Shown here one piece after another: positions 33,944 to 46,300 of a stretch of 64,000 nucleotides of DNA; position 1 is the stretch's first letter; every line of letters starts with the position of its first letter. A program made the translations under genes and the position numbers. Source of the DNA: Chara braunii. Lineage: Eukaryota; Plantae; Charophyceae. A model generated the notes under the pieces. That model searched no databases and was not told the origin of the DNA. It saw only the letters and a list, made by a program, of their open reading frames with translations. Location: NCBI GenBank assembly GCA_003427395.1, contig BFEA01000025.1:5201308-5265307 (forward strand), in the 5' to 3' direction.

Positions 33944-36900
33944 CTTCTTCTTCTTCTTTTTTTTTTTTTTTTTTTTTAATAAAACAGGTCCTTATGCTCC
34001 TGGCTCCTTTCCATTCTGGGGAGCGTCAGTTCGGTTCCTCACCCCTGGCAAGTCAAAATTGAATACAACATAGTATACACACATGCTTCCTTCCGTATGG
34101 CCGAAGGACCCCTGACCAGCTTTGATTGCTCCCCGGGAGGAGGATTGACTGCTTGCCCTGCCCACTGGTTCCTCTCAGGCTCCACCCGGGACCTGTCAGA
34201 TAGACCTATGCAAAACCAAGAAAAGTGGGAGGTTCCGCTTCCAGTTGTGTTTCTGAGTCTTCCTCCTCTCTCGCTCGTCCAACTGTCTCTGCTGTTGCTC
34301 ATCATAATATTGCCTCTTCCTGGGTTCTCGACTTGACATAAACTCATGGCTGGGCCTGGTAGCACCTCTTGCATCTCATCCTGTTATCTGTAAGGGTGGC
34401 GACCTTGCCCTTTAGAAGCAAATCTCTCAGGAATGTGCGTCTCTTGCTTGCTTGTCTTTATGGTCTGTGTTTCATAGAAGCCACTATCTTTCGCCATCTG
34501 CTCTGGATTTCAGTCTCCACAATACTCAGCAATAGAGACCACATTTCTTCCCGTGCCACCTCTGCTCCCTCGATTGTCCGTGTGCATCTGCGTTTCCATA
34601 TGACCCATAGTGCCAGTTTCCTGAGAAGATTTTTTTGAACCAGACTTCCCTGCTGCCCTTGATGTTGCTAGGGGTGTTAGAGAAAAGTAGGATAGTCAGA
34701 GGGGGGATGTTGGGGGGTGGTGTTGCGAAGAGGATCCACCAGAGTTCCGGAACCTTGTTCCAGATCCAGGTCGCTTCCGAACAGAGTAGAATGCAGTGGG
34801 GGATGTCGTCGGGAACGTTGTTGTTACACAATGCGCAGGGTGCTGAGCTAACTGGGTCTGAGTGTTTCCTTCTCTCGAGAAGCCATTGCATGAGCCACTG
34901 CATGCTACGAATTCTGATCGGTCTGATGAGAAGATATTTGGTCAGTGGGATGGTGAAGGAGGTCGCGGAGTCTAAGTGAAGGATGTTTCTCCACTTCTCC
35001 ACCAGGCTGGGATTCGGGTCTGTGGTCTGCAGTTCGAGGTCATACCCAAACTGTACATCATATTCCGTTATCGTTTTTGACTTCCTGGTGGTGCTCTGCT
35101 CCCATATCCACTCCTTTGGGTCGAATTCGAGCTCCTCAATTTCTAGTTCAGGCTGGAAGATTATCCACGCCTTACTGTGGAAGACTCTTACCTTTTGAAG
35201 CAAGAAGGTTTCTACCCGTTCGTTCTGTGGTGCATTGTTTTGGGCTTCTAGTTCGTACAGACTGCGTTTGGTGATGGGGTAGGATGTGAAGTTGGCCTGG
35301 TAGCTGGTTGGATCTGGTCTAGATACAAAGCGGTAGGCTCTTGTGGGAGGGGTATGGGAGATGGGTTGGCCCCAATCTCCTGGTTTCCACCTGTATTTCT
35401 CTCTTAGGAGGGATGTCCATAGGGGAGGGATGCTTTGGTGGATTTCCGCTACGTTGGTGCTCATGGAGTGACATCCCTTCAGGGGAGTCCGGAGTTCTTG
35501 GTCGGATAGCCAGTCCTGTCGCTCCTCAGACTACAGATGTTTGAGCTGCCATACTCCTCTCTCTACCCAGGATAGCCATATGTGATCCTTAGGTCGAAGG
35601 GTCCAGGGCTTGCCCTTTGTGTCTTTGATCCAGGGCTCGCCCTCTGTGTCTTTGATCCAGGGATTGCACCCAGGGGCTGCTTGAGGACTTCCTCTTTGTT
35701 GCTTGGTGTTCCTCTCTTGTTTGGTGCCAATCGGCACCAGGGCTTCAGAATCGGTGTCCAGTAAGTGTTGGGAGTGGGATTGGGCTGAGTAGACAGTGGT
35801 TGCTGGGTTTTCCTCGTAGATCTCTCTGATTGGAGCGGCCAGTCTTTTGCCATAACCCAGAACAGGCCACTCATGTTAGGTGGAGAGGTTACAGGTGCCA
35901 GGTTCCTTATGCTGTCTAAGGCCAGTTTAGTCCAGGGAAGTGATTGCATGGTTAGGATCTTGACCATCTGAAGGGCGATTGTTTGCTGTTTTGGGTTAAT
36001 GATGCCTAGAACCCCTTCGTGCGGTTTCCTGATGACGTTTTTCCAGGCCACTTTGTTTATGCAGGTAGTTTTGTTGGGGTCTCCTATCCACAGGAATCAT
36101 CTGGCCCTAGCCTTCAGTCTCCTCAGGTCGTCATCGGGCGGGGACCATATGGATGCCATGTACCATAGCGTGGAGAATATTGTCGTGTTAATGACTAGTG
36201 CTCGGCCCAGCAGGGAGGCCTGGGCTTTTTTGCAAGGGGCTAGGCGGGTTATTGCTCTGGCGATTAGATTCTCCTCCATCTCTTGCCAGATGCCATCTTT
36301 GTTGATTATGATGCCCAAATACCAGAGTGCTTGGTCACCCGTGGACCTTGACATTGGGATGGATACGTTCGGGGGTTGGGGGGGGGTTGTCTTTTGCTAA
36401 CCACCAGCCTTCCGTTTTGGACCAGTTCACCTTCATTTCTGATGCGAGTCGGAAGGCTACCAAAGTTGTGACCAGGGTCTGAAAGGAGGAGTTGTTTGCG
36501 CGGATGAGAACCGTGAGCTCATCGGCGAACATCAGCGCAGTGGGTAGGGCAAAGTCATAGATGGGGCTGTAGTTTTGTTCGGTGAGGCAGTCTATGGAGG
36601 GGTCTTTGCGGAGGAAGGAGGCTATGGCTTCCATGATGAATATAAAAATTGGGGGCACAAGCGGGTCGCCTTGGCGAATGGATCTTGATATCGGGTAAGC
36701 TTCCAACAATATTTTGTTTAGGACTCTGCCCATGGCGTCTCCGTAGAGCTCTCGAACCTACTCTTTGAAGTTTGGGCTGACTCCCATCTTCTCCATACAG
36801 CTATGGAGGAAATCCCAATTGACTTGATCATAGACTTTTTCAAAGTTAAAAAACAGGACCGCAACTTGCATTCGTTTTTTTATGATCTTCTTTGCTGCCT

Positions 36901-38660
36901 CATTCAAGGCCATCACATTGTCTAGTATGTACTGTCCCAGAATGAAACCTGCTTGGTCAATGTAAAAACATTTGTCTGTGAGTTTTATGATCATGTTGGC
37001 TAGTGCTTTTGCTAGGACTTTGTAGGGGGTTGTGAGGAGTGAGATCGGTGTGTAGTTTTTTAGGTCTTCTTTTTCCCCTTTCTTGTGGATTAGAGAGACC
37101 ACACTAGTGCCTAAAAACTGACTTTCCCCATTACCGGCCAGAAGTAGACCCATAACTCTTCGGATAGGCCATCGATTCCTGGTGCCTTGTCGTTACCCAT
37201 CTGGGCTAAGGCTGCATGAAGTTCCCCCAGGGTAATTGGTTTGTCCTTGTCCTTTGTTTGCTCCTGCGTGATCGTTCTGTCTAAATATGACAACATATGT
37301 TGGTGGGCGGTGATGTTCGTTGCGGGAGGGGGGAAAGGGGTCTTGGACTCGTAGAGGTCGGCGTGGAAGGATCTGGCAATCCTTACCATGTCTGTGCCGG
37401 CTGATTTTGTTTACCCTGCTCCGTTGGGACTTTGAGCCTCTCAATCATGTTGTTTCTAGCATTGGCCTTGACTTTAGAGAAGAAGAACAATGACATGGAT
37501 TCGTTGAGGCTGTACTCTGTTATTTTGGCGCGTAGTTGTGAGCCCCTAAGCTCCCATCCCCTCCCAACTCATCTTTGGTGGATGTGAGTAGGTCATGTTA
37601 GAAGTTGTCAATGGGGTCTGAGATGAGGTTAGCTTCCACAATAGACATAGCAATGTGGAGTTCTTCCTTTCTAATTTTTGTGTTCTGCTGCTATGCTTCT
37701 CGACTCAGACGAAGCAGTCTGGGATAGGTCCACATAGCTGTCTATGAACCATTGGTGTCGGTTATGACACCTCGCTTCATTCTGTTGCATTAGCAGCCAG
37801 TTCCATCCGACTGCCTCTGTTAGACGGTCTGTGGAGAGGAGAGAGTTGTTTAGTCTATAGAAGCCCTGACCTTTTTCTACCGGGAAGTTGAAGTTGAGGA
37901 GCAGGTAGGTGGGTTTGTGATCCAGCCTTTGAAGGCTGATGCTGGTAGAATTCCGGCCTCCTTGATTGCTCCCTGCAGGAGCTCGGAGATTAGGAAAAAG
38001 TCAATCCTTGAGAGTGACGTCCGGTTTGCTCGGTTTCTTTTGATTAGGGAGAAGGCTTTCGCGCGGGGATGAAGGGTTCAAAACGGATGGATCAGTTCGA
38101 ACTCCGTCATAATGTTTTGGATGTGAGTGCCGGCTCGTGTGGGGCCCAGCAGTAGGGATCGGGAGATGCGATCTAGGCTAGGATCCAATGTCGTGTTCCA
38201 GTCACCTGCTATGATTATTGGTAGAGGATTCTGGAAGAGCTGTTTAATTCTGTCAAAAAACACTAGCCGTTTGTTTTCTCCGTTGGGCGCGTATATGTTC
38301 AGAATCCTAAGCTCTTCTCCTTGCCACCTGATTTCGATCCAGGACCATCTACCTTCTGGTATTAGGGTTTCTGTGCCTCGTTTGCTCAGACCATCTTTGT
38401 TGGACCATAATGTGAACGGGGAACCGCCCAGACTTTTTCCCACTGTCCTCTTTACTCTAGCGTGGTTTGTGAGGATGGATAGGTGGGTTTCTTGCAGTAG
38501 GATTATGTCTGGTTTCAATTTCTTCTTGTCCTTGAGGCCTAGCCGGATGTCTCAAAGTTTATCTTCCTTGAACAAGATGTTTCCCAATCCGTTGACGTTC
38601 CAGCTGTGGATTGTCAACCCTTTTGATTGCCAGTCTGTTCTGACTGACTCAGTCAGTGTA
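33944..38660 (-). mobile_element. L1/Tx1-like LINE with whole (decayed) ORF2: APE endonuclease, RT, zinc finger
   Basis: SWNVNG, LQETH, NIYAP, GDWN, RQGDP, FADE and CALC...HC. Poly(T) at 33957-33977. 17-bp TSD TGTTGTTGGCCCTTCTT (33927-33943, 38661-38677). Confidence 0.95.
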
Positions 38661-39759
38661 TGTTGTTGGCCCTTCTTGTTTTTTGTTTTTGTGTTTTTTA
38701 ACCAGTTGTCGATTGGCCTATGGCCGACCATCTCCCCCTGAACACACAATGCACCCTGATTATGAATATATACAAGCTATTTTTACGGTCTGATACAGTC
38801 ATGATGAGTGGTGCCCTGTGTTCGGGGGAACACAGTAACATGATTACCTCACCTGTATGCTGTCTGCAACTTCGCATCCATGTCCACATGGCAGCAGCTT
38901 CGATGTTCGTCTCCCAGTCCAACCCCTGCTGCTTCCTTTCTTTTCCCGCCTATCTTGTTGCATAGTTCGCATTGTCGTTCAGATGAAACGAACATTCCTG
39001 CTCATCGTGCCCATACAGAGTAATTACAAGAGATCATAATTTGCGTGCCATATCCTGCTGAAACGTTGGAGATGCGATATCGTCAAGCAGGACGTGAAGA
39101 ATCAGACAGCTTGGCAGAGGGAGCACTTAGGGCACATAATTTCACCTACTCAGTCCTAGTTTGCATTGTTCGTATCCTTTTTCCTTATGGAAAGCTCATC
39201 TTCCTTTTCAGTCCCCACCTTTTTGTTCCTTTCTCCTCTTCCCTTCTCCCACTTTGCTCTTGCCAGACTTGCCCCCTTCCCGCNNNNNNNNNNNNNNNNN
39301 NNNNNNNNNNNNNNNNNNNNNNNNNNNNNNNNNNNNNNNNNNNNNNNNNNNNNNNNNNNNNNNNNNNNNNNNNNNNNNNNNNNNNNNNNNNNNNNNNNNN
39401 NNNNNNNNNNNNNNNNNNNNNNNNNNNNNNNNNNNNNNNNNNNNNNNNNNNNNNNNNNNNNNNNNNNNNNNNNNNNNNNNNNNNNNNNNNNNNNNNNNNN
39501 NNNNNNNNNNNNNNNNNNNNNNNNNNNNNNNNNNNNNNNNNNNNNNNNNNNNNNNNNNNNNNNNNNNNCTCCCCCCCCCTTTCTGCCCCCTCCTTGAAGG
39601 AATAGAGCTGATCCTTGAACTGATCAGTTTGATCTCAGATTCAAATCTGAACCCCTTAACAGATCCTCCATTGGTTCAGAAAGCAAGTATGAAGGACATT
39701 TGGAGAGAATTTTGGACGGCATTTTGCTTCCATTGTAACGACCTGCCAAACACGGACTG

Positions 39760-40835
39760 AGACAAAGCTGATTTCTGAGTTTTGCTCATAGAATGTATCC
39801 CTTACTGAGTTTCCCGCTTGTTGTGTGGGTGCGTGGTTGCTAGTCTGCATGCCTGTCTCAGTGATTGTCGGCTTGAGTGTGTGTGTGACCCGCAAGGGCA
39901 CGTGTTTGTTCGGAACGCCCAAAGGGCTGGTACTAATTACCTGTGGTCGAGGGTTGCAGCGGGGAAAACACTCAAGTGGCGGGGAAGAGGCCCACAACGA
40001 GCAGCGGAAAACACTCAAGTAGCAGGTAGGCCGGTACCCCACCAAGTAGAGGTAGATGTGCCGGGTTCTCGAGGCCGAGCAGAAGAAGACAAAAGTTGGC
40101 ATTTTTAGAGGCCCAGTAGTTGTAGGCTAGGTCTAGGCGGGTACCAGTTCAACCAGTCTGAATCTAGGGCCTGTACGGGCAATATCAGAGTCTGCAATGA
40201 TGTTTCCCTCCGAAAGGGAGGAGGTACCGGTTGCTTGGAGGCCGTGCGGCCTAGGAAGTCACTCGCCAAGAGCCAAGCAGGCCGCTATATCTCCAGGAGG
40301 GGCAAAGTGCTCCTCATTGTTGGTGTGCAAGTTTGGCGACACACTGGTTGAAGCGCTGGCTGGAGCAGCGCTAGCACAGAGCTGCGCTGCTGGGGAAGGA
40401 GCAAGGACAGGAGGAGGAAGAAGACCAGGACTAGGCAGGGGGAGCGCCAGAGCATCACCTTGGTGGGTGCTGCAGCAGGAAGGCCCCAGTTGAGGTAGAG
40501 CTACACCAAGAAGCTTCGAGGCAGAGTCAGGCATGGCGGCCTGAGCTAGAGCAGCCATAGCTGCTTTGTGTTGTCCTTTGCACAGCAGGACGATGCCCTG
40601 GTAGTCCGCCATAGCCTCGGCATTGGAGGAAGGAGGAAGAAGGGCGGCCATGGCTATGGGGGACCTCATGTGATACCTGCAGTAGAAGAGGGATTCGGAC
40701 ATTGATTCTGGTTCAACCATTCAACGTTATTACTATTACTTCTTGTTTGAATAAGAGGGAAGGAGATAAGGAGGAGGAGAGTGGTTGGCGAAGAAGAGCA
40801 TTATCATTGATCTATGCTGGTGTACATCATCTTCT
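39760..40835 (-). mobile_element. Interspersed repeat of unclear class (decayed ORF remnants), copy 1
   Basis: 39950-40835 is colinear and highly similar to 58915-59841. No diagnostic domain recognised. Confidence 0.6.
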
Positions 40836-41453
40836 TCTTCTTTCTTTCTTTCTTCTTCTTCTTCTTTCCCTCTCTCTCCTCTCAAGTTCATTCATTTCTT
40901 TTTGCAATTGGACGGGATTGTACTTTCTGATCAATGTGTACTTCGAAATTGGCCAGGATCATAACACCATGACATACATGTCCTATTCTGTGGAAGGCGA
41001 ACCAGCCATGCAAGCGAGCTCCAAGATTGCAAAACCTTAAACCATCAGTACAACCGGGCCTGGAGGCGCTCCATTGTGCGCCAAGCTTTTCTGAACCGCC
41101 AGAGGCACACCTTTTTGTTTTTGGCTGGCGCCACCAGCCAATGTGGTCCACTAGGTCTGACCCACAAAGTTTTCGGAGTAGGCGACAATTTTCTGCAAGG
41201 CTGTGACCATGTACTAGCGGTTTAAGAGGAATTGCTGCTCTTTGAAGTATATACTACTCTTCCATTACCTGTATTACTTGTGGAAGATGAATCTGCCATG
41301 CTAGTGAGCTTCCAGGCTTTCAGCCTCAGAAGAATTGTGTTCCTTTTGTGAAGTACATATGCTAAACATGTGCTCTGTATGTAATTGGAATGTCCTTTGT
41401 GAAGACTGATTTTCTGGCACGTTCTTTGATGACTGTGTATGACTGGATTGCAG

Positions 41454-41594
41454 CCGTGTTGCTGAGGCATGCTGCCCCAAAGTAATTGTTGTTCCAGCAA
41501 ATGGTGTCTATACAAGTGTTACTCTAAGAGACTGCGATCTAGCGTATGGTGATTTTCTTCAGAAGGTTGGAGATGGAGTACCTGCTAAGGAAAG
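41454..41594 (+). CDS. AAE17: AAE17/18-like exon (absent from the ORF track)
   Basis: TGCAG|C...GAAAG|GT, 141 nt, phase 2/2. Encodes RVAEACCPKVIVVPANGVYTSVTLRDCDLAYGDFLQK, matching the family pattern RV.EA..P..IV.P......LR..DL...DFL. Confidence 0.85.
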
Positions 41595-41596
41595 GT

Positions 41597-41678
<82 letters not shown>

Positions 41679-41762
41679 NNNNNNNNNNNNNNNNNNNNNN
41701 NNNNNNNNNNNNNNNNNNNNNNNNNNNNNNNNNNNNNNNNNNNNNNNNNNNNNNNNNNNNNN

Positions 41763-41826
<64 letters not shown>

Positions 41827-42729
41827 CGTCCATTCGTCCAGGAGGATTTTCAAATCAGGGAAACTGAAAAGGAACGAAAAAAGTTGTAGCCCTGCCTTAG
41901 GCTGCCTATGAAAAGGGAGGAGTGGTTCGGGCGCAAGGAGCTTCTGCAATACCAGGATCCAGTGTGTACAACTGTGTTTCCCCGAATAGAACGTACAGTC
42001 ATTATAGCTGTATTTGGGGCAACTTTCAGTCTAGCTACAGGGAGACTGACCAAGTCACTATACACTCTATTGGGGGGACGACGGTAGGCATGGATGTGTA
42101 TTTTGATGCATTTAGTATTGTACTATTTTGTTATGTGCTACATAGCACATACTATATACTATATACTATGTACTACTATTGTTCCATTGAATGATGAACT
42201 GGGATGCATACTGCGCATAGGAGGCACTTTTTTGTTTTTTTGTTTTTTTTTTGTTTTTTTGTAACAAACAAAACCATATGGTTGTGGCTCCTTATCCATT
42301 CTGGGGAGCATCAGTCCGGTTCCTATCCCCCGGCACGTCAAATGGAATACAATGAGCACTCACTCACACTCCTCCCCCTTATGGTAGGAAGGTCCGAGGG
42401 ACGGCATTGATTACTTCCGGGAGAGGAAGGATGTATCACCCCTCACCCCTACAGAAGTTAGCCTGTTCTACTTCTGCTCTTTGGTTGCTATACTGATTTC
42501 CTCTTTGCTCTGATACTTGTCACTTGTCTACTTGGGCTCTTTTTCCAGACTGTTCCTCTCAGCTCCTTGTCTGTCAGACGCTCCTTACTTGCTGGAACTG
42601 CTGGTTCAGTCTTCTGCGGTAGTCTATGCTCAAACCCTGTCAGGCTTTGTTTCAGAGAGTCTTGCACAAGTCTTAAACTGTAGCCAACTTTTTTACTAGT
42701 TCGCTCCTGCCTAAGATAGCCTCCATGTC

Positions 42730-43360
42730 ACCCACAACCGAACGAGTAAATATCCATCTCTCTGCAATGTACCCACTTCGCCCCCCCCCCCCCCCCCCCC
42801 CCCCCCCNNNNNNNNNNNNNNNNNNNNNNNNNNNNNNNNNNNNNNNNNNNNNNNNNNNNNNNNNNNNNNNNNNNNNNNNNNNNNNNNNNNNNNNNNNNNN
42901 NNNNNNNNNNNNNNNNNGCCCAGCCACCCCCCAAGCCTCAACACCTACCCTACTAAGAAAGCCTTCACCGGAGTTCAAACAGACCCCTCCCCATTTTCAA
43001 ACGATACCTGGAACCTTGACCAGCCCCAGCAACCACAACAGGTGTAATCAACAGCTATGGTATAGAAACATCCGCCAAGGACAGGCTAAAGGCAAAGAGG
43101 CATTAAAAGAGGGTTTAGGGTTTTAGCACCAAATACAGGTTAAGAACAGGCTAACTTAGGCAGGGGTGAAGGGCAGTACATCCTTCCTGCGGGAAGTAGT
43201 CAATGCTGTCCTTTGGGCCTCCACACCATGAGGGGGAGGAGCGTGAGTGAGTACTTGTAATATTTTATGACTTGCCGGTGGAATAGGAACCGGACTGACG
43301 CTCCCCAGAATGGAAAAGGAGCCGGAACCATAAGGTCCTGTATTAAAAAAAAAAAAAAAA
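42730..43360 (+). mobile_element. 5'-truncated LINE (3'UTR only)
   Basis: 17-bp TSD AAGATAGCCTCCATGTC (42713-42729, 43361-43377), poly(A), and a 3' end nearly identical to 49120-49335. Confidence 0.9.
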
Positions 43361-43396
43361 AAGATAGCCTCCATGTCTTAATCTTTGACTTGCTTC

Positions 43397-46300
43397 ACTG
43401 GGAGTGTCGGCTACCAATGGAAGGGAGACCGACGACAGGGAAGACACCTTAGATGTAAGACCAGTCGTGGCCATATACAGCCCAAGAGCTTCCTTGAAAG
43501 GCAACCTCCAGTGAAGACCCTGGTGGCAGATCGCACAGCTACCATATACAGCCCTCGGCACAAGCGTATTGCCAGAATTACCAGCGGCAAGCCTGGCAAT
43601 CACCTTTGCCCTGAAAGTACACAGGATGGGACAAAAAGAATTGGGGGACAAACTGCTGGTCCTGCAGGAGGAAGGAGAAGAGGCGACTCTGCAAATAGTG
43701 TCCGCACCTTCTCCTTGATCACACCAAGATCATTAGAACCGGTGAAGCAGAAACACTGAATCATAGATGAGAGGGGAGAGCAAAATGATGGGGGGGGAAA
43801 GGAATTTAAAAAGGTAAAGAAAAGAGTGGAACTGGACATAAGATCTTGGAATGTGCACGGCTTGGCCACCGTTTTGTCATCCCCAGCGAAATGGTTCAGC
43901 TTGACAGCTAACCTTAAATGGTTTGACAATGACCCTCCAGATATAGTCTGCATTCAGGAAACACACCTCACTGACTCTGATGAGCACCAAGCCACACAGC
44001 ACGAAATAGAGAGAAGGCTGAGACACGTATGGAGAGCTGAATGGGTAAGCATCCCCAATTCAGCCTCGGCAGGTGTACTAATCCTCCTTAACGGAAAATC
44101 CAAAGCATTACACCACCTACAAGTAAGCCAAGTGACCAAGGACCTCGTAGGGGGCAGATGGATAAGGATGGATTTCAACTATATGCAGGAGGAAATAACA
44201 CTACTAAATATATACGCTCCAAACACGAGCGCCCAAAGAAAGGAATTAATAGAAATAATCAAGCAAGAATACCCGAATCACCAGCATATCATAGCAGCCA
44301 CGGACTGGAATGCTACGGTGAACCCGCTTCTCAACAGGATTTCCCACGCTAGAGAACCGTACGACGAATCAGACACCCATACAATGATAGATCTTATCAC
44401 AGAGAAGAAGCTAATAGACCCCTTCGAGGGGAAGACATCCGGAAACTAAGAGATTCACTTGCACTAGGAAAACTCAACAGGGAAGAACATCCTTTTCCAG
44501 AATTGACTACTTTTTGATCTCAGAATCAGTTTCTGGAGCTGTACTACCCACCACTGTATTCAGACCTCCCTTTTTCGGAGGCTTTGATCACAAACAGATA
44601 GGCTTGATACTGAATTTTGGCGTAGACAATGAATCAGGTCGAGGTTTCTCCAAGATCAACGACTCTTTATTAAAATTGGAAAGTTTTAGAAAAGTAGTCA
44701 AGCAATCATGGGAAGAATGTTCCCTGCAGAAACAAGAGGAAAGCATACACCCAAACTTCGGAAAAACCCTAAAATACGTAAGTAAAGAACTAAGCAAGGA
44801 ATCAAGAAGGGAAGCCAAAAGAAGAGGGGAAAGGCAAGAACTCCTAGAATCCATAGTGGAGACAGCCGAATATAACTTGATCCACAACCCAGGCTCCCCA
44901 ATGTACAAATCCCTACTCTCAGCAGCAAAGGAAGAGTTGGCACAATGGGCAGATTGGAAGAGAAGGGGCCTGAGCATCAGAGCTAGGATAAAGGATTGGG
45001 AGTGTAATGAATCCATGACGAAATTATTTTTCCAAAGAATCAAATCCAACTGGGGAAACAACAGAATTCTTGAGCTGAGAGATGAAAGGGGGATACTAAT
45101 CGGAAAAACCTGCTACAAATAGCCACAAATTTCTACAAGAAACTATATACATCACAGTCAACCAACGACAACAGAGGAACTATTGTGAGAGCGAGGGAAA
45201 AGCTCCTGAGGCACCTTGAGACCTGTATCAAACCGGAGGCAACAGCTTACTTAGACAAAGACCTCGCTCTAGCAGAAGTGCATAGAGCACTGGGTTCCAT
45301 GCAACCCAACAAGGTCCCAGGCATAGATGGGCTAACGAAGGAATTCTGGCAAGAACATTGGCCACTCCTAGGAAGTGACCTCTTGCGCTTTTATCAGGAA
45401 GCCTACAAGAAGGGGGGATTAGGACAGGACATTAGCACCGGGATTGTAACGCTACTCTACAAAAAAGGGGAAAGAGAGGACATCAGAAACTATAGACCAA
45501 TCTCTTTGCTGTCAGTAGAATACAAAATCTTAGCAAAGATCCTAGCCAACAGAATCAAAGAAGTAACCGACAAATGCTTTCATATGGACCAAACAGGATT
45601 CATCCCAGGGAGATTCATCCTGGACAGTGTAATCTGTCTGAACGAGGCAAACAAATTAATAAGGGACAAGAAACTAGAAGCCGTGATCGTGGGACCAATT
45701 TTCAGAAAGTGGGTGAAGGTTTTGTATGCAGAGGCAATGGGGAGGGTCCAAGTTAATGGTCACCTATCAGAATCATACAGAATGACGAGGTCGGTAAGAC
45801 AAGGCGACCCACTGGCTGCCCCAATATTCCTTTTCGTCATGGAGGCAATAGCAGCCTTCCTGAGGAAGGACCCCTCAATAGAAAGACTACAAGCCCGGGA
45901 TGATGGAAGAAACGACCAATTCCAACTCCCAACAGCGATGCTGTTCGTGGATGACCTAACGGTGCTTATAAGAGCGACAGACTCCTCATTTCAAGCACTG
46001 ACGAGAGCCATGCAAGCTTTCCAATTAGCATCAGAAATGAAGATAAATTGGAAGAAAACGGTAGGGTGGTGACACGCGGAGACCCCCCCCCCACCAGACA
46101 CCGAAGCAACACAGGGGTTGCAATGGTTGGATCGCCAAACCCCCTTTAAATTCCTTGGAATATCGGTAACCATGACAGGGATCAGTAACTCAATAGCAAC
46201 GAACCTGCTGGCAGCCGTCATGAACAAGTACTTGGGATGGCAAAAGATATACACCTCTCTGGCGGGAAGAGCACTAGTCATTAACTCGTCAATTTTCTCC

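Noticed and set aside
38960-39030. RIVVQMKRTFLLIVP as the exon following LPLY
   Set aside because: The splice phase is wrong, and 41454-41594 fits far better.
43290-43342. LINE 3' motif (CTGACG...GGAACC-ATAA-GGTC) as a hammerhead
   Set aside because: It lacks A9 and GAAA, stem I does not close, and the GUC part is not conserved among copies.
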